64,000 nucleotides of DNA. Source: a virus. A program made the position numbers and the translations under genes. The stretch is from IMG/VR virus record IMGVR_UViG_3300021335_000004, one strand, 5' to 3'. Below the pieces are notes generated by a model. It worked only from the letters and a program-made list of their open reading frames with translations. It made no database searches and was not told the origin of the DNA. Each line of letters opens with the position of its first letter. Position 1 is the first letter of the stretch. Below, in pieces: positions 35,560 through 46,051 of this stretch.

Positions 35560-37845
35560 ATGACTGAAATAATTAAAAGAGACGGAACAAAAGAACTATT
35601 AAATATTGAAAAATTACATAAAGTAGTATTTTTTGCTTGTGAAGATATTGCAGGAGTTTCTCCTAGTGAAGTAGAGATGCATAGTCAGCTTCAGTTTTAT
35701 GATGGTATTAAAAGTTCTGATATTCAAGAAACCTTAATCAAATCAGCAGCGGATCTTATTAGTGAAGATACCCCAAACTATCAATATGTAGCTGGGCGTC
35801 TTATTACATATCACGTTCGTAAAATGGTTTATGGACAGTATGAACCTATTTCTTTGCGTGAATTAGTAGAAAAAAATATTGAACGTGGTTTTTACGATCC
35901 TGAGATATTAAACTACTACACTAAAAAAGAATTTGATATTCTAAATAAGCATATTAAACATAAGCGTGATGAAAATCTAACCTATGCTGCAATGGAGCAA
36001 TTTAGAGGTAAATATTTAGTTCAAAACCGTGTAACAAAGCAAATATTTGAAACACCTCAAATGGCTTATATGTTAATCGCAATGACTTTATTTAATAGCT
36101 ATGATAAAGAAAATAGAATTAGATGGGTAAGAGAATATTATGATGCAATTAGTAACTTTGATATTAGTCTTCCTACTCCTGTGATGGCCGGTGTGCGCAC
36201 ACCACAAAGACAATTTAGCTCTTGTGTACTTATCGAAACAGATGATTCACTTGATAGTATTAATGCTACTACTAGTAGTGTTGTTAAATATGTCAGCCAA
36301 AAAGCAGGCATTGGGATTGGAGCAGGTAGTATTAGAGCACTTGGTACTCCAATCCGGAATGGAGATGCTTACCACACAGGAGTTATTCCTTTTTATAAAA
36401 TGTTTCAAGCAGCGACACGATCCTGTTCTCAAGGAGGAGTACGAAATGGTGCTGCTACTTTGTACTACCCAATTTGGCACTACGAAGTCGAAGATCTTTT
36501 AGTATTAAAAAATAATAAAGGTACAGAAGATAATAGGGTACGTCACATGGATTACGGAGTACAATTTAATAAATTAATGTACGAGCGTTTATTACAAGGA
36601 GGTGATATTACACTATTCTCTCCAAGTGACGTCCCACACCTATATCATTCTTTTTTTAATGATCAAGAATTGTTTAAAATTGTATATGAAAAAGCAGAAA
36701 AAAATCCTGATATTCGTAAAAAAACTATTAAAGCAATTGATTTGTTTTCTATGTTTATGGAAGAACGTAAAAATACAGGACGCATTTATTTAATGAATGT
36801 AGACCATGCTAATACACACTCTTCTTTTGATGAAAAATTAGCTCCGATACATCAATCTAATCTATGTTGTGAAATTGACTTACCAACAAAACCTTTACGT
36901 GATTTTAATGATCCTGACGGAGAAATTGCTCTATGTACTCTTTCAGCAATCAATTGGGGTAATATTCGTAAACCAGAAGATTTTGCAAAACCTTGTGAAC
37001 TTGCTGTTCGTGGATTAGACGCTTTGTTATCTTATCAACACTACCCTGTTTTGGCAGCAGAAATTTCTACAGATCTTAGAAGACCTCTAGGTATTGGTAT
37101 TATCAACCTAGCATATTGGTTGGCTAAAAATAATACAACATATCAAAATCCAGATTTAGAGCTTATTGACGAATATGCAGAAGCATGGAGTTATTATTTA
37201 ATTAAAGCTTCTAATGATTTAGCAATTGAACAAGGTTTTTGTCCTGGCTATGTGGAAACAAAATACGGTAAAGGTATTACTCCAAATCAAACATATAAAA
37301 AAGATGTTGATGAATTAGTACCTCATGTAGAGCGCATGGATTGGGAATCTCTAAGAAAAAGTTTAAAAGAGCATGGTATTAGAAATTCTACTTTAATGGC
37401 TTTGATGCCTGCAGAAACCTCAGCTCAGATTTCTAATGCTACAAACGGCATTGAGCCTCCTCGTAGTTTTGTAAGTATTAAACAATCAAAAGATGGAGTA
37501 TTAAAGCAGGTTGTTCCGGGTATCCATAAACTAAAGAAAAAATATGATCTACTATGGGATCAAAAATCACCAGAAGGTTATTTAAAAATTATGGCAGTGT
37601 TACAAAAATACATTGACCAAGGCATTAGCGTAAACACCAGTTATAATCCGGTGCATTATGAAGATGAGAAAATTCCAATGAGTACTATGATTCAGCATTT
37701 ATTGATGTTTTATAAATACGGTGGAAAACAATTATACTATTTTAATACTTACGATGGACAGGGAGAAATAGATATAAATAAATTAGATGAAGAATTACCT
37801 TTAGAAGATATTGATGAAGGAGAATGTGAAAGTTGCGTGATATGA
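35560..37845 (+). CDS. nrdA: class Ia ribonucleotide reductase alpha subunit
   Basis: ATP cone 'IKRDG', 'FSSCVL', 'SNLCCEI', C-terminal 'CESC'. Confidence 0.97.
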   Translation: MTEIIKRDGTKELLNIEKLHKVVFFACEDIAGVSPSEVEMHSQLQFYDGIKSSDIQETLIKSAADLISEDTPNYQYVAGRLITYHVRKMVYGQYEPISLRELVEKNIERGFYDPEILNYYTKKEFDILNKHIKHKRDENLTYAAMEQFRGKYLVQNRVTKQIFETPQMAYMLIAMTLFNSYDKENRIRWVREYYDAISNFDISLPTPVMAGVRTPQRQFSSCVLIETDDSLDSINATTSSVVKYVSQKAGIGIGAGSIRALGTPIRNGDAYHTGVIPFYKMFQAATRSCSQGGVRNGAATLYYPIWHYEVEDLLVLKNNKGTEDNRVRHMDYGVQFNKLMYERLLQGGDITLFSPSDVPHLYHSFFNDQELFKIVYEKAEKNPDIRKKTIKAIDLFSMFMEERKNTGRIYLMNVDHANTHSSFDEKLAPIHQSNLCCEIDLPTKPLRDFNDPDGEIALCTLSAINWGNIRKPEDFAKPCELAVRGLDALLSYQHYPVLAAEISTDLRRPLGIGIINLAYWLAKNNTTYQNPDLELIDEYAEAWSYYLIKASNDLAIEQGFCPGYVETKYGKGITPNQTYKKDVDELVPHVERMDWESLRKSLKEHGIRNSTLMALMPAETSAQISNATNGIEPPRSFVSIKQSKDGVLKQVVPGIHKLKKKYDLLWDQKSPEGYLKIMAVLQKYIDQGISVNTSYNPVHYEDEKIPMSTMIQHLLMFYKYGGKQLYYFNTYDGQGEIDINKLDEELPLEDIDEGECESCVI

Positions 37846-38246
37846 AAAAATTAATTATGATAGGATTATTAGTCTCTACCCCTGTTTTTGCAGAAGATGC
37901 TATCGTCAACGACCATTATAAAACAGTTATTGAGCAAAAACCTTACAAAGTAGAAGTTTGTAAAGATGTTACAGTATCAGGAGATAAAACAAAAGACACT
38001 TTAATGGGAGCCATTATAGGCGGAGCAATAGGAAATAATGTTACTAAAAATGTTGAAAATGGTGGCGCCGTTGGAGCATTGTTAGGAGGTATTATTGCTA
38101 ATCAAAACAGCGATGCTACTGGAGGAACAACCAGACAGTGTTCTATAGAAACTCGTTACCAAGAAGAGTCAAAACAAGTATATAGTCATAGCACTGTTAC
38201 TTTTTGGTCAAATGGAAAAAAATACAACTTAAGATTTGATAGGTGA
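37842..38246 (+). CDS. secreted glycine-zipper 2TM protein
   Basis: signal peptide; 'GAIIGGAIG...GAVGALLGG'. Confidence 0.75.
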   Translation: MKKLIMIGLLVSTPVFAEDAIVNDHYKTVIEQKPYKVEVCKDVTVSGDKTKDTLMGAIIGGAIGNNVTKNVENGGAVGALLGGIIANQNSDATGGTTRQCSIETRYQEESKQVYSHSTVTFWSNGKKYNLRFDR

Positions 38247-38250
38247 TAGG

Positions 38251-39375
38251 ATGACAATATTAAACACAAAACAGAATGATCATACAAAAGCAAAAATGTT
38301 TTTTGATGACGAAGATTTAGGTATGCAAAGATATGATACTCTCAAATATCGTGCATTTGATAAGCTTACTGACAAACAACTTGGTTTTTTCTGGAGGCCA
38401 GAAGAAATAGATATTTTACGTGATGCAGCTGATTTTAAAAATCTTACAGAACACGAGCAGCATATTTTTACATCTAATTTAAAGCGTCAAATTGTTTTAG
38501 ACTCTGTACAAGGTCGTGCTCCTGCAGAATCCTTTGGCTCTATCGTAGGAATACCTGAACTTGAAAATTGGATTATTACTTGGACTTTTTCTGAGACTAT
38601 TCATTCACGTTCTTATACTCATATTATTCGTAATATCTACCCTAATCCATCAATAGTGTTCGATGAAATGATGAATATTAGTGAAATTATAGACTGTGCA
38701 GATAGTATTTCTAAACATTATGATAAATTAATTGAAATGACTAAATGGTATCAACTATTAGGAGAAGGTACTCACGAAGTCAATGGTAAAACAATCAAGA
38801 TAGATCTTTATGAGCTTAAAAAATTACTATACTTATGTATTGCCAGTGTAAATATTCTTGAAGGAGTTCGTTTCTATGTAAGTTTTGCTTGTAGTTGGGC
38901 ATTTGCTGAATTGAAGAAAATGGAAGGTAATGCTAAAATTATTAAACTCATTGCCAGAGATGAAAATGTACACCTAGGCAGTACGCAACAAATACTAAAA
39001 CTGCTTCCACAAGACGATCCCGAATTTATTAAAATCGCAAAAGAATGTGAAAAAGAAGTTATTAATATGTTTATCGAAGCAGTTGATCAAGAGAAACAAT
39101 GGGCAGACTATTTGTTCAAGGACGGTTCAATGATTGGTCTTAATTCGCAACTACTAAAAGACTATATTGAATGGATTGGTAATAAGAGAATAACAGCTAT
39201 AGGACTTAGCTCACCTTATTCTGTTCCTAGAGCCAATCCATTACCTTGGACACAAAAATGGATTAGTGGTGCTGAAGTACAAGTAGCACCACAAGAAACG
39301 GAAATTTCTTCATACGTAATCGGAGGTACTAAGCAAGATGTAACTAATGATTCGTTTAAGGGATTTTCACTTTAA
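38251..39375 (+). CDS. nrdB: class Ia ribonucleotide reductase beta subunit
   Basis: 'FFWRPEE', 'ETIHSRSY', 'RDENVH', 'VAPQETEISSY'. Confidence 0.97.
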   Translation: MTILNTKQNDHTKAKMFFDDEDLGMQRYDTLKYRAFDKLTDKQLGFFWRPEEIDILRDAADFKNLTEHEQHIFTSNLKRQIVLDSVQGRAPAESFGSIVGIPELENWIITWTFSETIHSRSYTHIIRNIYPNPSIVFDEMMNISEIIDCADSISKHYDKLIEMTKWYQLLGEGTHEVNGKTIKIDLYELKKLLYLCIASVNILEGVRFYVSFACSWAFAELKKMEGNAKIIKLIARDENVHLGSTQQILKLLPQDDPEFIKIAKECEKEVINMFIEAVDQEKQWADYLFKDGSMIGLNSQLLKDYIEWIGNKRITAIGLSSPYSVPRANPLPWTQKWISGAEVQVAPQETEISSYVIGGTKQDVTNDSFKGFSL

Positions 39376-39391
39376 TAGAAAAGGAAAAAAA

Positions 39392-40471
39392 ATGAAGTAT
39401 TTTGAAAAAGTGTTTCATACTATAGTAATCAGTATATTTTTAGGTTTTATGTCAGCAATTGCTGTAGCATCAGAGCCTGTTAAGGTAGGTTTTGTATATG
39501 TCGGGCCTATCGGTGATCATGGCTGGACATATCGTCATGACATTGGTCGTCAACAAGTAGAAGAAGCATACGGAGACAAAGTTAAAACAATCTACGCCGA
39601 AAGCGTACAATATGGCCCTGATGCAGAACGTGTAATCCGGCAGATGGCAAAAGAAGGTGCTGACATCATCTTTGCTACAAGTTTTGGTTATATGGAACCA
39701 ATGCTTAAAGTTGCTAAAGACTTTCCAAATGTAAAGTTTGAACATGCGACAGGTTATAAACGTGCAGACAATATGAGTACATACGGATTGCGCTTGTATC
39801 AAGCACGCCATGTGCAAGGTGTTATTGCAGGACTAATGACAAAGACAAACAAGATTTGTTATGTTGGTGCGTACCCTATTCCAGAAGTCATCCGTGAAAT
39901 TAATACCTATTATATGGGTGCAAAGAGTGTAAATCCTAAAGTTGACATTGATGTCATTTGGGTAAACACTTGGTACGATCCTAGTAAAGAAGCAGATGCT
40001 GCCAACGTTATGATGGCAGAAGGCTGTGACATGATGGCACAACACACTGATTCACCTGCTCCATTACAGGCTGCACAACTAAAAGGCAAGTTAGGTTTTG
40101 GTCAAGCAAGTGATCAGATCAAGTTTGCTCCTAAAGCACAACTTACAGCAACTATTGACAACTGGGGTCCTTACTACATTAAGAAAGTAGGGCAGGTTAT
40201 TGATGGTAACTGGCAAGTTGAAGATTACTTTGGTCATATGAATGAAGATGCTGTGCAAATGGCGCCTTTTACAAATATGCCAGCAGACGTAGAAGCAAAA
40301 GCACAAGCAATTAAAGATGCTATTTCTAAAGGCGAGTACTTTGCATTTACAGGCCCAATTAAAGACAACACTGGTAAACTGCAACTTGCAGACGGCGTTG
40401 TTGCTGACGATGCACACCTTAACAGCATGATGTATTATGTTGAAGGTATTGACGCAACGGTACCTAAGTAA
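39392..40471 (+). CDS. BMP-family (purine nucleoside-type) ABC substrate-binding protein
   Basis: signal peptide; 'VGFVYVGPIGDHGWTYRHD', 'FATSFGY', 'WYDPSKE', 'QHTDSPA'. Confidence 0.9.
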   Translation: MKYFEKVFHTIVISIFLGFMSAIAVASEPVKVGFVYVGPIGDHGWTYRHDIGRQQVEEAYGDKVKTIYAESVQYGPDAERVIRQMAKEGADIIFATSFGYMEPMLKVAKDFPNVKFEHATGYKRADNMSTYGLRLYQARHVQGVIAGLMTKTNKICYVGAYPIPEVIREINTYYMGAKSVNPKVDIDVIWVNTWYDPSKEADAANVMMAEGCDMMAQHTDSPAPLQAAQLKGKLGFGQASDQIKFAPKAQLTATIDNWGPYYIKKVGQVIDGNWQVEDYFGHMNEDAVQMAPFTNMPADVEAKAQAIKDAISKGEYFAFTGPIKDNTGKLQLADGVVADDAHLNSMMYYVEGIDATVPK

Positions 40472-41328
40472 TGATTCCAGTTATTGATTTCACATGTGAA
40501 TCAGTATTGGAAGAGATTCGCGAAGCCTACACAACTGTGGGCTTCGCTGTTTTTACTAATACACTAAATCCCAAAGATAAACAAACCATGCATCACTGGT
40601 TTGATTACATGAAGCAGTTCTTTGAATTGGACTTAGATACAAAAAAGAAATACAGTTATCAAGCAGAAAATAACTTAGGATACAGTGTAATGGGTGCAGA
40701 AAATGTAGACCCAACTGCTCCTAAAGATATGAAAGAAAGTTTTAATTACAATAATACTCGTATGCCTGACTCCCTATGGCCAGAGGAAGTTGACCTTCGT
40801 ACAACAGGATTACAAACTATTCGTATTGCAGATGATCTAACACTGCGTATACTTGCTAAGTTTGATACTATCCTAGACTGCGGTACTACACTAGTAGATG
40901 CGCATCAGGATCCATATAATACAACACGAGTAATTCACTACCCTGCATACACTGGTCCACTAGAAGACAAGCAAATGCGTATAGGTGAACACAGTGACTA
41001 CGGCACCATCACACTGTTATGGCAGATCAATGATGTGCCAGGGCTTCAAGTACAGGATTTAGGAGGTGTCTGGCATCCTGTTCCCTATGCAGAAGATGGT
41101 GTCGTAGTTAACATTGGTGATTTGCTACAGCGTTGGACTAATGATTATTTCGTTAGTACAAAGCACAGAGTAGTTAACACACACATTGACCAAACACGCT
41201 ACAGTATGCCACACTTTGTAGATCCTACACCAGGAACTATTGTAAGTAACCTGCGTGATGAACCTGCAAAGTATGATCCCATTGAAAGCAAAGCATACCT
41301 GATGTGGCGACTAGCACAGAGTTATTAA
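40471..41328 (+). CDS. isopenicillin-N-synthase-family 2OG-Fe(II) oxygenase
   Basis: 'IPVIDF', 'HSDYGTITLL', 'HRVV', 'RYS'. Confidence 0.9.
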   Translation: MIPVIDFTCESVLEEIREAYTTVGFAVFTNTLNPKDKQTMHHWFDYMKQFFELDLDTKKKYSYQAENNLGYSVMGAENVDPTAPKDMKESFNYNNTRMPDSLWPEEVDLRTTGLQTIRIADDLTLRILAKFDTILDCGTTLVDAHQDPYNTTRVIHYPAYTGPLEDKQMRIGEHSDYGTITLLWQINDVPGLQVQDLGGVWHPVPYAEDGVVVNIGDLLQRWTNDYFVSTKHRVVNTHIDQTRYSMPHFVDPTPGTIVSNLRDEPAKYDPIESKAYLMWRLAQSY

Positions 41329-41843
41329 TGATTAAACAGTATATTAAAAGTTACCCAGACTTCCCTGTTGCAGACGTGGACTTTAAATGCACAGCAAGTT
41401 TATGTGCAAGTGAAGGATTTAAACTTACAAACAACTACATGTATGATAACCTACTCAAGTATTGTCCTGTGGATAAAATTGTAGGTTTAGATGCAAGAGG
41501 TTTTATATTTGGTGCAGTGCTTGCACATAGAACAGGAAGCAGTCTTGTACTATGCCGTAAACAAGGCAAACTACCTGGTGCTACAGTAAGCAACACATTT
41601 GAACTAGAGTATGGTACTGCTACAATGGAAATACAAAAAGATAGTATCAACAGAGGCGATAGAGTTATTATTATAGACGACTTAATAGCTACTGGAGGTA
41701 CTATGCAAGCCGCTATAGACATGATTTATGAACTACACGCTACTCCTATTGCAGTAGCAGTAGCAATGGATTTAAATTTTTTAGGTGGTAGTAAAAAAAT
41801 AAAAGAACAAGGTATAAATTTTTATGCTGCAACAAAGTATTAA
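41328..41843 (+). CDS. apt: adenine phosphoribosyltransferase
   Basis: 'PDFP', 'ARGFIFG', 'RKQGKLPG', 'LEYG', 'IDDLIATGGT'. Confidence 0.92.
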   Translation: MIKQYIKSYPDFPVADVDFKCTASLCASEGFKLTNNYMYDNLLKYCPVDKIVGLDARGFIFGAVLAHRTGSSLVLCRKQGKLPGATVSNTFELEYGTATMEIQKDSINRGDRVIIIDDLIATGGTMQAAIDMIYELHATPIAVAVAMDLNFLGGSKKIKEQGINFYAATKY

Positions 41844-41854
41844 AGGAGAACACA

Positions 41855-42079
41855 ATGAAAGCTATAATTTATTCAACCCCTGCTTGTGGGTATTGTAAAA
41901 TGGCTAAAACTCTTATGGATAAACGTGGAATAAAATATGAAGAGTTTATTATAGGACAAGACCTTACTAAAGAGGAACTAGTTGAAACACTTGGTAAGGA
42001 AGTCCGAACAGTCCCCCAGATTTTAGTTGACAATAATTATGTAGGAGGTTATACTGAATTATCAAAATTTTTAGGATAA
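41855..42079 (+). CDS. glutaredoxin
   Basis: 'CGYC', 'TVPQI', 'GGY'. Confidence 0.92.
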   Translation: MKAIIYSTPACGYCKMAKTLMDKRGIKYEEFIIGQDLTKEELVETLGKEVRTVPQILVDNNYVGGYTELSKFLG

Positions 42080-42085
42080 TATAGT

Positions 42086-42532
42086 ATGGCAAGTAAAAGT
42101 AAAATAAAAGGTAGCGCGTATGAAGCTAAAATACGTGATCTGCTTACAAAAGAATTAAAAATTGAATTTAAACGTATGCCACTAAGCGGATCGCTTGAGT
42201 ATTTAAAGGGAGACCTTTGGACACCATTTGATACCGCTGCGTGGCCTTATTGTATAGAATGTAAACATTATGCTGAAATAAATTGGAATAATTTATTAAC
42301 TGCTAAATCTACAGAGCTTTATCAATTTTGGACACAAACTATTCGTGAAGCAGAGGTGATGAAAAAGAAACCCTTATTAATTTATAGATGGAATCGTTCA
42401 AAAGATTTTGTTTGTTGGAACGATGATTTAGAAATAGATCAATATATTTATGTAAACGCTTTTGAGCATGAGTTTAAAATGGGACTATTATCAGATTGGT
42501 TAGTCAAGTATAAAAAGCTAAATAATATTTGA
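42086..42532 (+). CDS. Holliday-junction resolvase-like nuclease (T5 D14)
   Basis: 'SKIKGSAYE', 'R.PLSG', 'KGDL', 'IECK'. Confidence 0.82.
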   Translation: MASKSKIKGSAYEAKIRDLLTKELKIEFKRMPLSGSLEYLKGDLWTPFDTAAWPYCIECKHYAEINWNNLLTAKSTELYQFWTQTIREAEVMKKKPLLIYRWNRSKDFVCWNDDLEIDQYIYVNAFEHEFKMGLLSDWLVKYKKLNNI

Positions 42533-42557
42533 CCGTTGCTTATTCTTATGTTATTAT
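42529..42557 (+). promoter_or_regulatory. sigma70-type promoter
   Basis: TTGACC-17-TATTAT with TGn extension. Confidence 0.6.
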
Positions 42558-42586
42558 TAATCATAAAATAAACATGGAGAGTTCTA

Positions 42587-43441
42587 ATGAACAACGCAAA
42601 AGGCTGGAATGATCTTGCAGAGATGCAAGAGGACTATAATAATGGAAATAACCTACTTTTAGTAGATGGTAACAACTTAGCGTACCGCTGGATTCAAAGA
42701 CGTAATTATGACGACTTTGAGGATGATTATATAAAAACAGTTGAAAGCTTAAGTAAAAGTTACTCAGCTGGTCGTGTTATTGTATGTTTTGATTTTGGTA
42801 AAAGTTATTTTCGCTCAGATATGAGTGATGAGTATAAATCTACACGTAAAAAACCTAAAGAACCAGAAGAAATTGCAAAGTATGAAGCGTTTTTTAATTG
42901 TCTAAACGCAACATATGAAAATATGCCTTTTGAAAAAATGAAATATAGAGGTATCGAAGCTGATGACCTTATTACTTATTTTGTTGAAAATTGTAAGGCT
43001 GACCACGACCATACTTGGATTGTTTCATCAGATAGAGATTTGTATCAACTTCTAGCCGATAATGTTTCTATTTTTAATATGTTTTCTCGCAGAGAAATTG
43101 ATTTAGATTACTTAGATGAGACTATGGATATTAGTCCAGAACTATACCTATTTTCAAGATATATTGAAGGTGATAAATCTGACGCTATTTTCGGAGTAGA
43201 AGGGATTGGCCCAAAACGAGCCCAAGCTTTGTCTAAAGAATATAAAACACTAGAAGCTTTATTAGAAGCATTACCTTTAAAAGGACGTTCTAAATATATT
43301 CATAATCTGAATGATAGTACTGATCTTTTGCAAAAGAATGAACAGATGATAAACTTAAAACGATATAATAAAGATGCCATTCTTGCAGGTAAAGATGGTG
43401 AAGAAGTATGGAAGGAATTACAAAATTATGTCAATGGTTGA
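42587..43441 (+). CDS. 5'-3' exonuclease / flap endonuclease (T5 D15)
   Basis: 'VDGNNLAYR', 'EADD', 'SSDRDL', 'GDKSD..GVEGIGPKRA'. Confidence 0.92.
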   Translation: MNNAKGWNDLAEMQEDYNNGNNLLLVDGNNLAYRWIQRRNYDDFEDDYIKTVESLSKSYSAGRVIVCFDFGKSYFRSDMSDEYKSTRKKPKEPEEIAKYEAFFNCLNATYENMPFEKMKYRGIEADDLITYFVENCKADHDHTWIVSSDRDLYQLLADNVSIFNMFSRREIDLDYLDETMDISPELYLFSRYIEGDKSDAIFGVEGIGPKRAQALSKEYKTLEALLEALPLKGRSKYIHNLNDSTDLLQKNEQMINLKRYNKDAILAGKDGEEVWKELQNYVNG

Positions 43442-43970
43442 TATTAAAATCGAAATTACTAAAGAAGCACAGTATTTAATTGATAGCCCTATGTTTCCTA
43501 ATATTAGAAATTGGGAAATTACCCAAAATTACCCTCACGATGCTGGTTTTGATCTTCCTGCTTGTGTTAAAGATATATGGACTTTACGTCCTGGAGGGGT
43601 ACATTTATTTCCAACAGGTATAAAAGTACAGCTTCCAATAGGGTGGGAGCTTCAAGTACGTCCTCGTAGCGGTTTAGCTTTAAAAAATGGAATTACTATT
43701 TTAAACACTCCTGGAACTGTAGACTATGCTTACAGAAGTGAAATTGGAGTAATGTTATATAATACAAGCAATAAACCTTTTGAAATTAGACCGGGCGATA
43801 GAATCGCACAAGCATGTATTCGTGCAGTTCCTACTGTGAATATCTCATATGTTGATGAGATTTCGGAAACTATTGAAGAAGAAGTTAAAGAATCTGGAAC
43901 AGATCTTAAAGCTGAGATGGCTGCAAAATTAAATAAGAAACGTGGGGGATTTGGATCTTCGGGAGTTTAG
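43428..43970 (+). CDS. dut: dUTPase
   Basis: 'AGFDL', 'RPRSGLA', 'GTVDYAYR', 'DRIAQ', 'RGGFGSSG'. Confidence 0.95.
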   Translation: MSMVDIKIEITKEAQYLIDSPMFPNIRNWEITQNYPHDAGFDLPACVKDIWTLRPGGVHLFPTGIKVQLPIGWELQVRPRSGLALKNGITILNTPGTVDYAYRSEIGVMLYNTSNKPFEIRPGDRIAQACIRAVPTVNISYVDEISETIEEEVKESGTDLKAEMAAKLNKKRGGFGSSGV

Positions 43971-45028
43971 TATTGTATATTTCCAGTAGTTCTATAATTG
44001 GCAGTTCCTTTTCCTGTATTTCCTATATTTGTTGATGTTTGATCAGAAGCAAAGGGAAATTTGTCTATTCTATTATTAGTTGGATATCCATGTGTCATAT
44101 ATCCCGATATATTTGAACTAGTTCCTCCATGCATAGAATTTCCAGTAGAAAGTTCTGCAATGTCCGAAGAAGGTGTGTCAGCCGCATAAGTAAATTTTTG
44201 TAGTACATCTGCGTCAGTAATTCCTCCACTTACATAAATATGTGTCTCAGACTGGTGTCCGTGTTGTGATCTATTAACTGCAACTAATGTAGCAGGTTGG
44301 TTTGAAGAAGAATTAGAAGCAAAAGGGAACTTTTCGATCGCGTTTGTATCTGCAGGAGTCTCTCCGCCGATAACATAGCCAGCAGTTTCTGAACAAGAAC
44401 CAGCTCCCCAATATCTAGGAGTGCTTAAACTTGCTACATTTGTTGCATTTCCAGGAGATACTGTTGGATAACGATTCATCATAGACATATTTGTACCTAA
44501 ACCACCAACATTATACCCACGATCATTAGCCAGATCTGCAATACCACCACACGATAAACGAGTAGCTGCTGTTAGTTGTCCGACATCAGCAGCTACACCT
44601 GCCGGATTAGCAAATGGAAAACGTAATATATTGTTAGAGGCAGCTAACGATGCAGTTCCTTGCTGACCTCCTACAACATACCCATATGAACCAGAAGCTG
44701 TACCAGTGGACTCAAATACTTTATAACCAGAAGGGCTGCCAGGTCCTAGCTGTCCTACATTTATTGTGTCTGTATCAGAAGAAAAAGGATATGCGTAAAT
44801 AAATTCCCCATTTGTTGAGCTGCCTCCTACATCATAACCAAAATTAGTTCCTGAGTAGTAAGCTCCAGAAGGTGCAGGCGCTCCTCCACCTCCTCCTGCT
44901 AAAGGAGCTGAAGGTCCGAAAATAGTTTGAATAGCTCCATTTGCTCCGACAGCAAGATTAGATTGATGAATAGCAGCATTAGCTGTTCTAAATTGTATAT
45001 ATGCTAAATCAATTTTTTTATCTGCCAT
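43967..45028 (-). CDS. Kelch-like beta-propeller repeat protein (putative virion/fibre protein)
   Basis: ~48 aa repeats 'GY..GG...I.KFPFASD....VG.L'. Confidence 0.7.
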   Translation of the reverse strand: MADKKIDLAYIQFRTANAAIHQSNLAVGANGAIQTIFGPSAPLAGGGGGAPAPSGAYYSGTNFGYDVGGSSTNGEFIYAYPFSSDTDTINVGQLGPGSPSGYKVFESTGTASGSYGYVVGGQQGTASLAASNNILRFPFANPAGVAADVGQLTAATRLSCGGIADLANDRGYNVGGLGTNMSMMNRYPTVSPGNATNVASLSTPRYWGAGSCSETAGYVIGGETPADTNAIEKFPFASNSSSNQPATLVAVNRSQHGHQSETHIYVSGGITDADVLQKFTYAADTPSSDIAELSTGNSMHGGTSSNISGYMTHGYPTNNRIDKFPFASDQTSTNIGNTGKGTANYRTTGNIQY

Positions 45029-45037
45029 AATTACCTC

Positions 45038-46051
45038 TTATACCTGTGTTCCTGATGATCCATAAACAGCTACAGTTAATTCTCCTACATCTATAGCACT
45101 AACATCAGAAGAGTGGGGATTTTTATCTATAGTAGTTGATCCTGTATTATTACCTCCCCCCATTACAAATCCGTCTGTAGTAGAGTTAGCTCCAGCAACA
45201 TAAGTTCTAGCTTCTGTTGATGCTCCTGCTACAGTACTTCGTATTACGTCTGAAGAAAATGGAAATTTGGATCGGTTGCTGGTTCCACCAAAAGCACTAG
45301 TAATATATCCATCAGTTTCACTACTGTGTCCTGTTCCCTGATATAAACTCGGACCGGCAGGGTTAATTAACGTCCAAGAAGTATCCGATGCAAAAGATGA
45401 TTTTCTATCTCTACCGCTATAACCAGTTACATAAAAATTTTCATTACTATTTGACCCTTGAGCCCAGACAGCTTCTTCATTTGCAGATTCAGCTATATCT
45501 GTAGCATTAGTATCAGAAGAAAAAGGATATTTATCTACAGTAGAAGTTCTTCCTGATGTGCTCGAGTTAGTAGAGCCTGTAAGAGCATATCCGTGTGTTG
45601 AGCTTTGCGAACCTACTACTCCTGTACGAGCAGAAGTCATATTACCTATACTTAGAACAGGTGTACCTGAAGAAAAAGGAAATTTTGTTATTGTAGAATA
45701 AACAGTAGGGCCAGGAAAGTAATTGCCTCCTGCCATATACCCATCAGTTCTAGAAGCTGTTGATTGTGCTCCTATATAATAAAGTTGAAATAAACCACTA
45801 GTAGTTACTGCAGTAGTTGTACCAGAAGCAAAAGAAAATGAGTCTAGTCTATTTTGAATAGTACCTGGCCCAGTTCTTCCACCCATATTATACCCATCAG
45901 CAGAACCTTGTGCATATGGAGGCAAGGGTGCAGCAGTAAAAGTATCAGTACTTAAACGCACAGCACCACTATAAAAATCATAAGAAAGTTTAGTACCATC
46001 TACTGTTGTATTAGCTACTTTTAACGCGTGAATAGGAAATTTTTGTGTCAT
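45038..46051 (-). CDS. Kelch-like beta-propeller repeat protein
   Basis: paralogous 'KFPFSS.T' repeats. Confidence 0.7.
   Translation of the reverse strand: MTQKFPIHALKVANTTVDGTKLSYDFYSGAVRLSTDTFTAAPLPPYAQGSADGYNMGGRTGPGTIQNRLDSFSFASGTTTAVTTSGLFQLYYIGAQSTASRTDGYMAGGNYFPGPTVYSTITKFPFSSGTPVLSIGNMTSARTGVVGSQSSTHGYALTGSTNSSTSGRTSTVDKYPFSSDTNATDIAESANEEAVWAQGSNSNENFYVTGYSGRDRKSSFASDTSWTLINPAGPSLYQGTGHSSETDGYITSAFGGTSNRSKFPFSSDVIRSTVAGASTEARTYVAGANSTTDGFVMGGGNNTGSTTIDKNPHSSDVSAIDVGELTVAVYGSSGTQV

Noticed and set aside
26156-39375. Introns or inteins in polA, nrdA, nrdB
   Set aside because: The ORFs are continuous and of ordinary length, and no homing-endonuclease motifs were seen
39470-40428. Antisense and alternate-frame ORFs in the track (also inside ligA, D5, polA, nrdA, tail I)
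   Set aside because: They are shadows of well-supported genes with no SD or recognisable motifs
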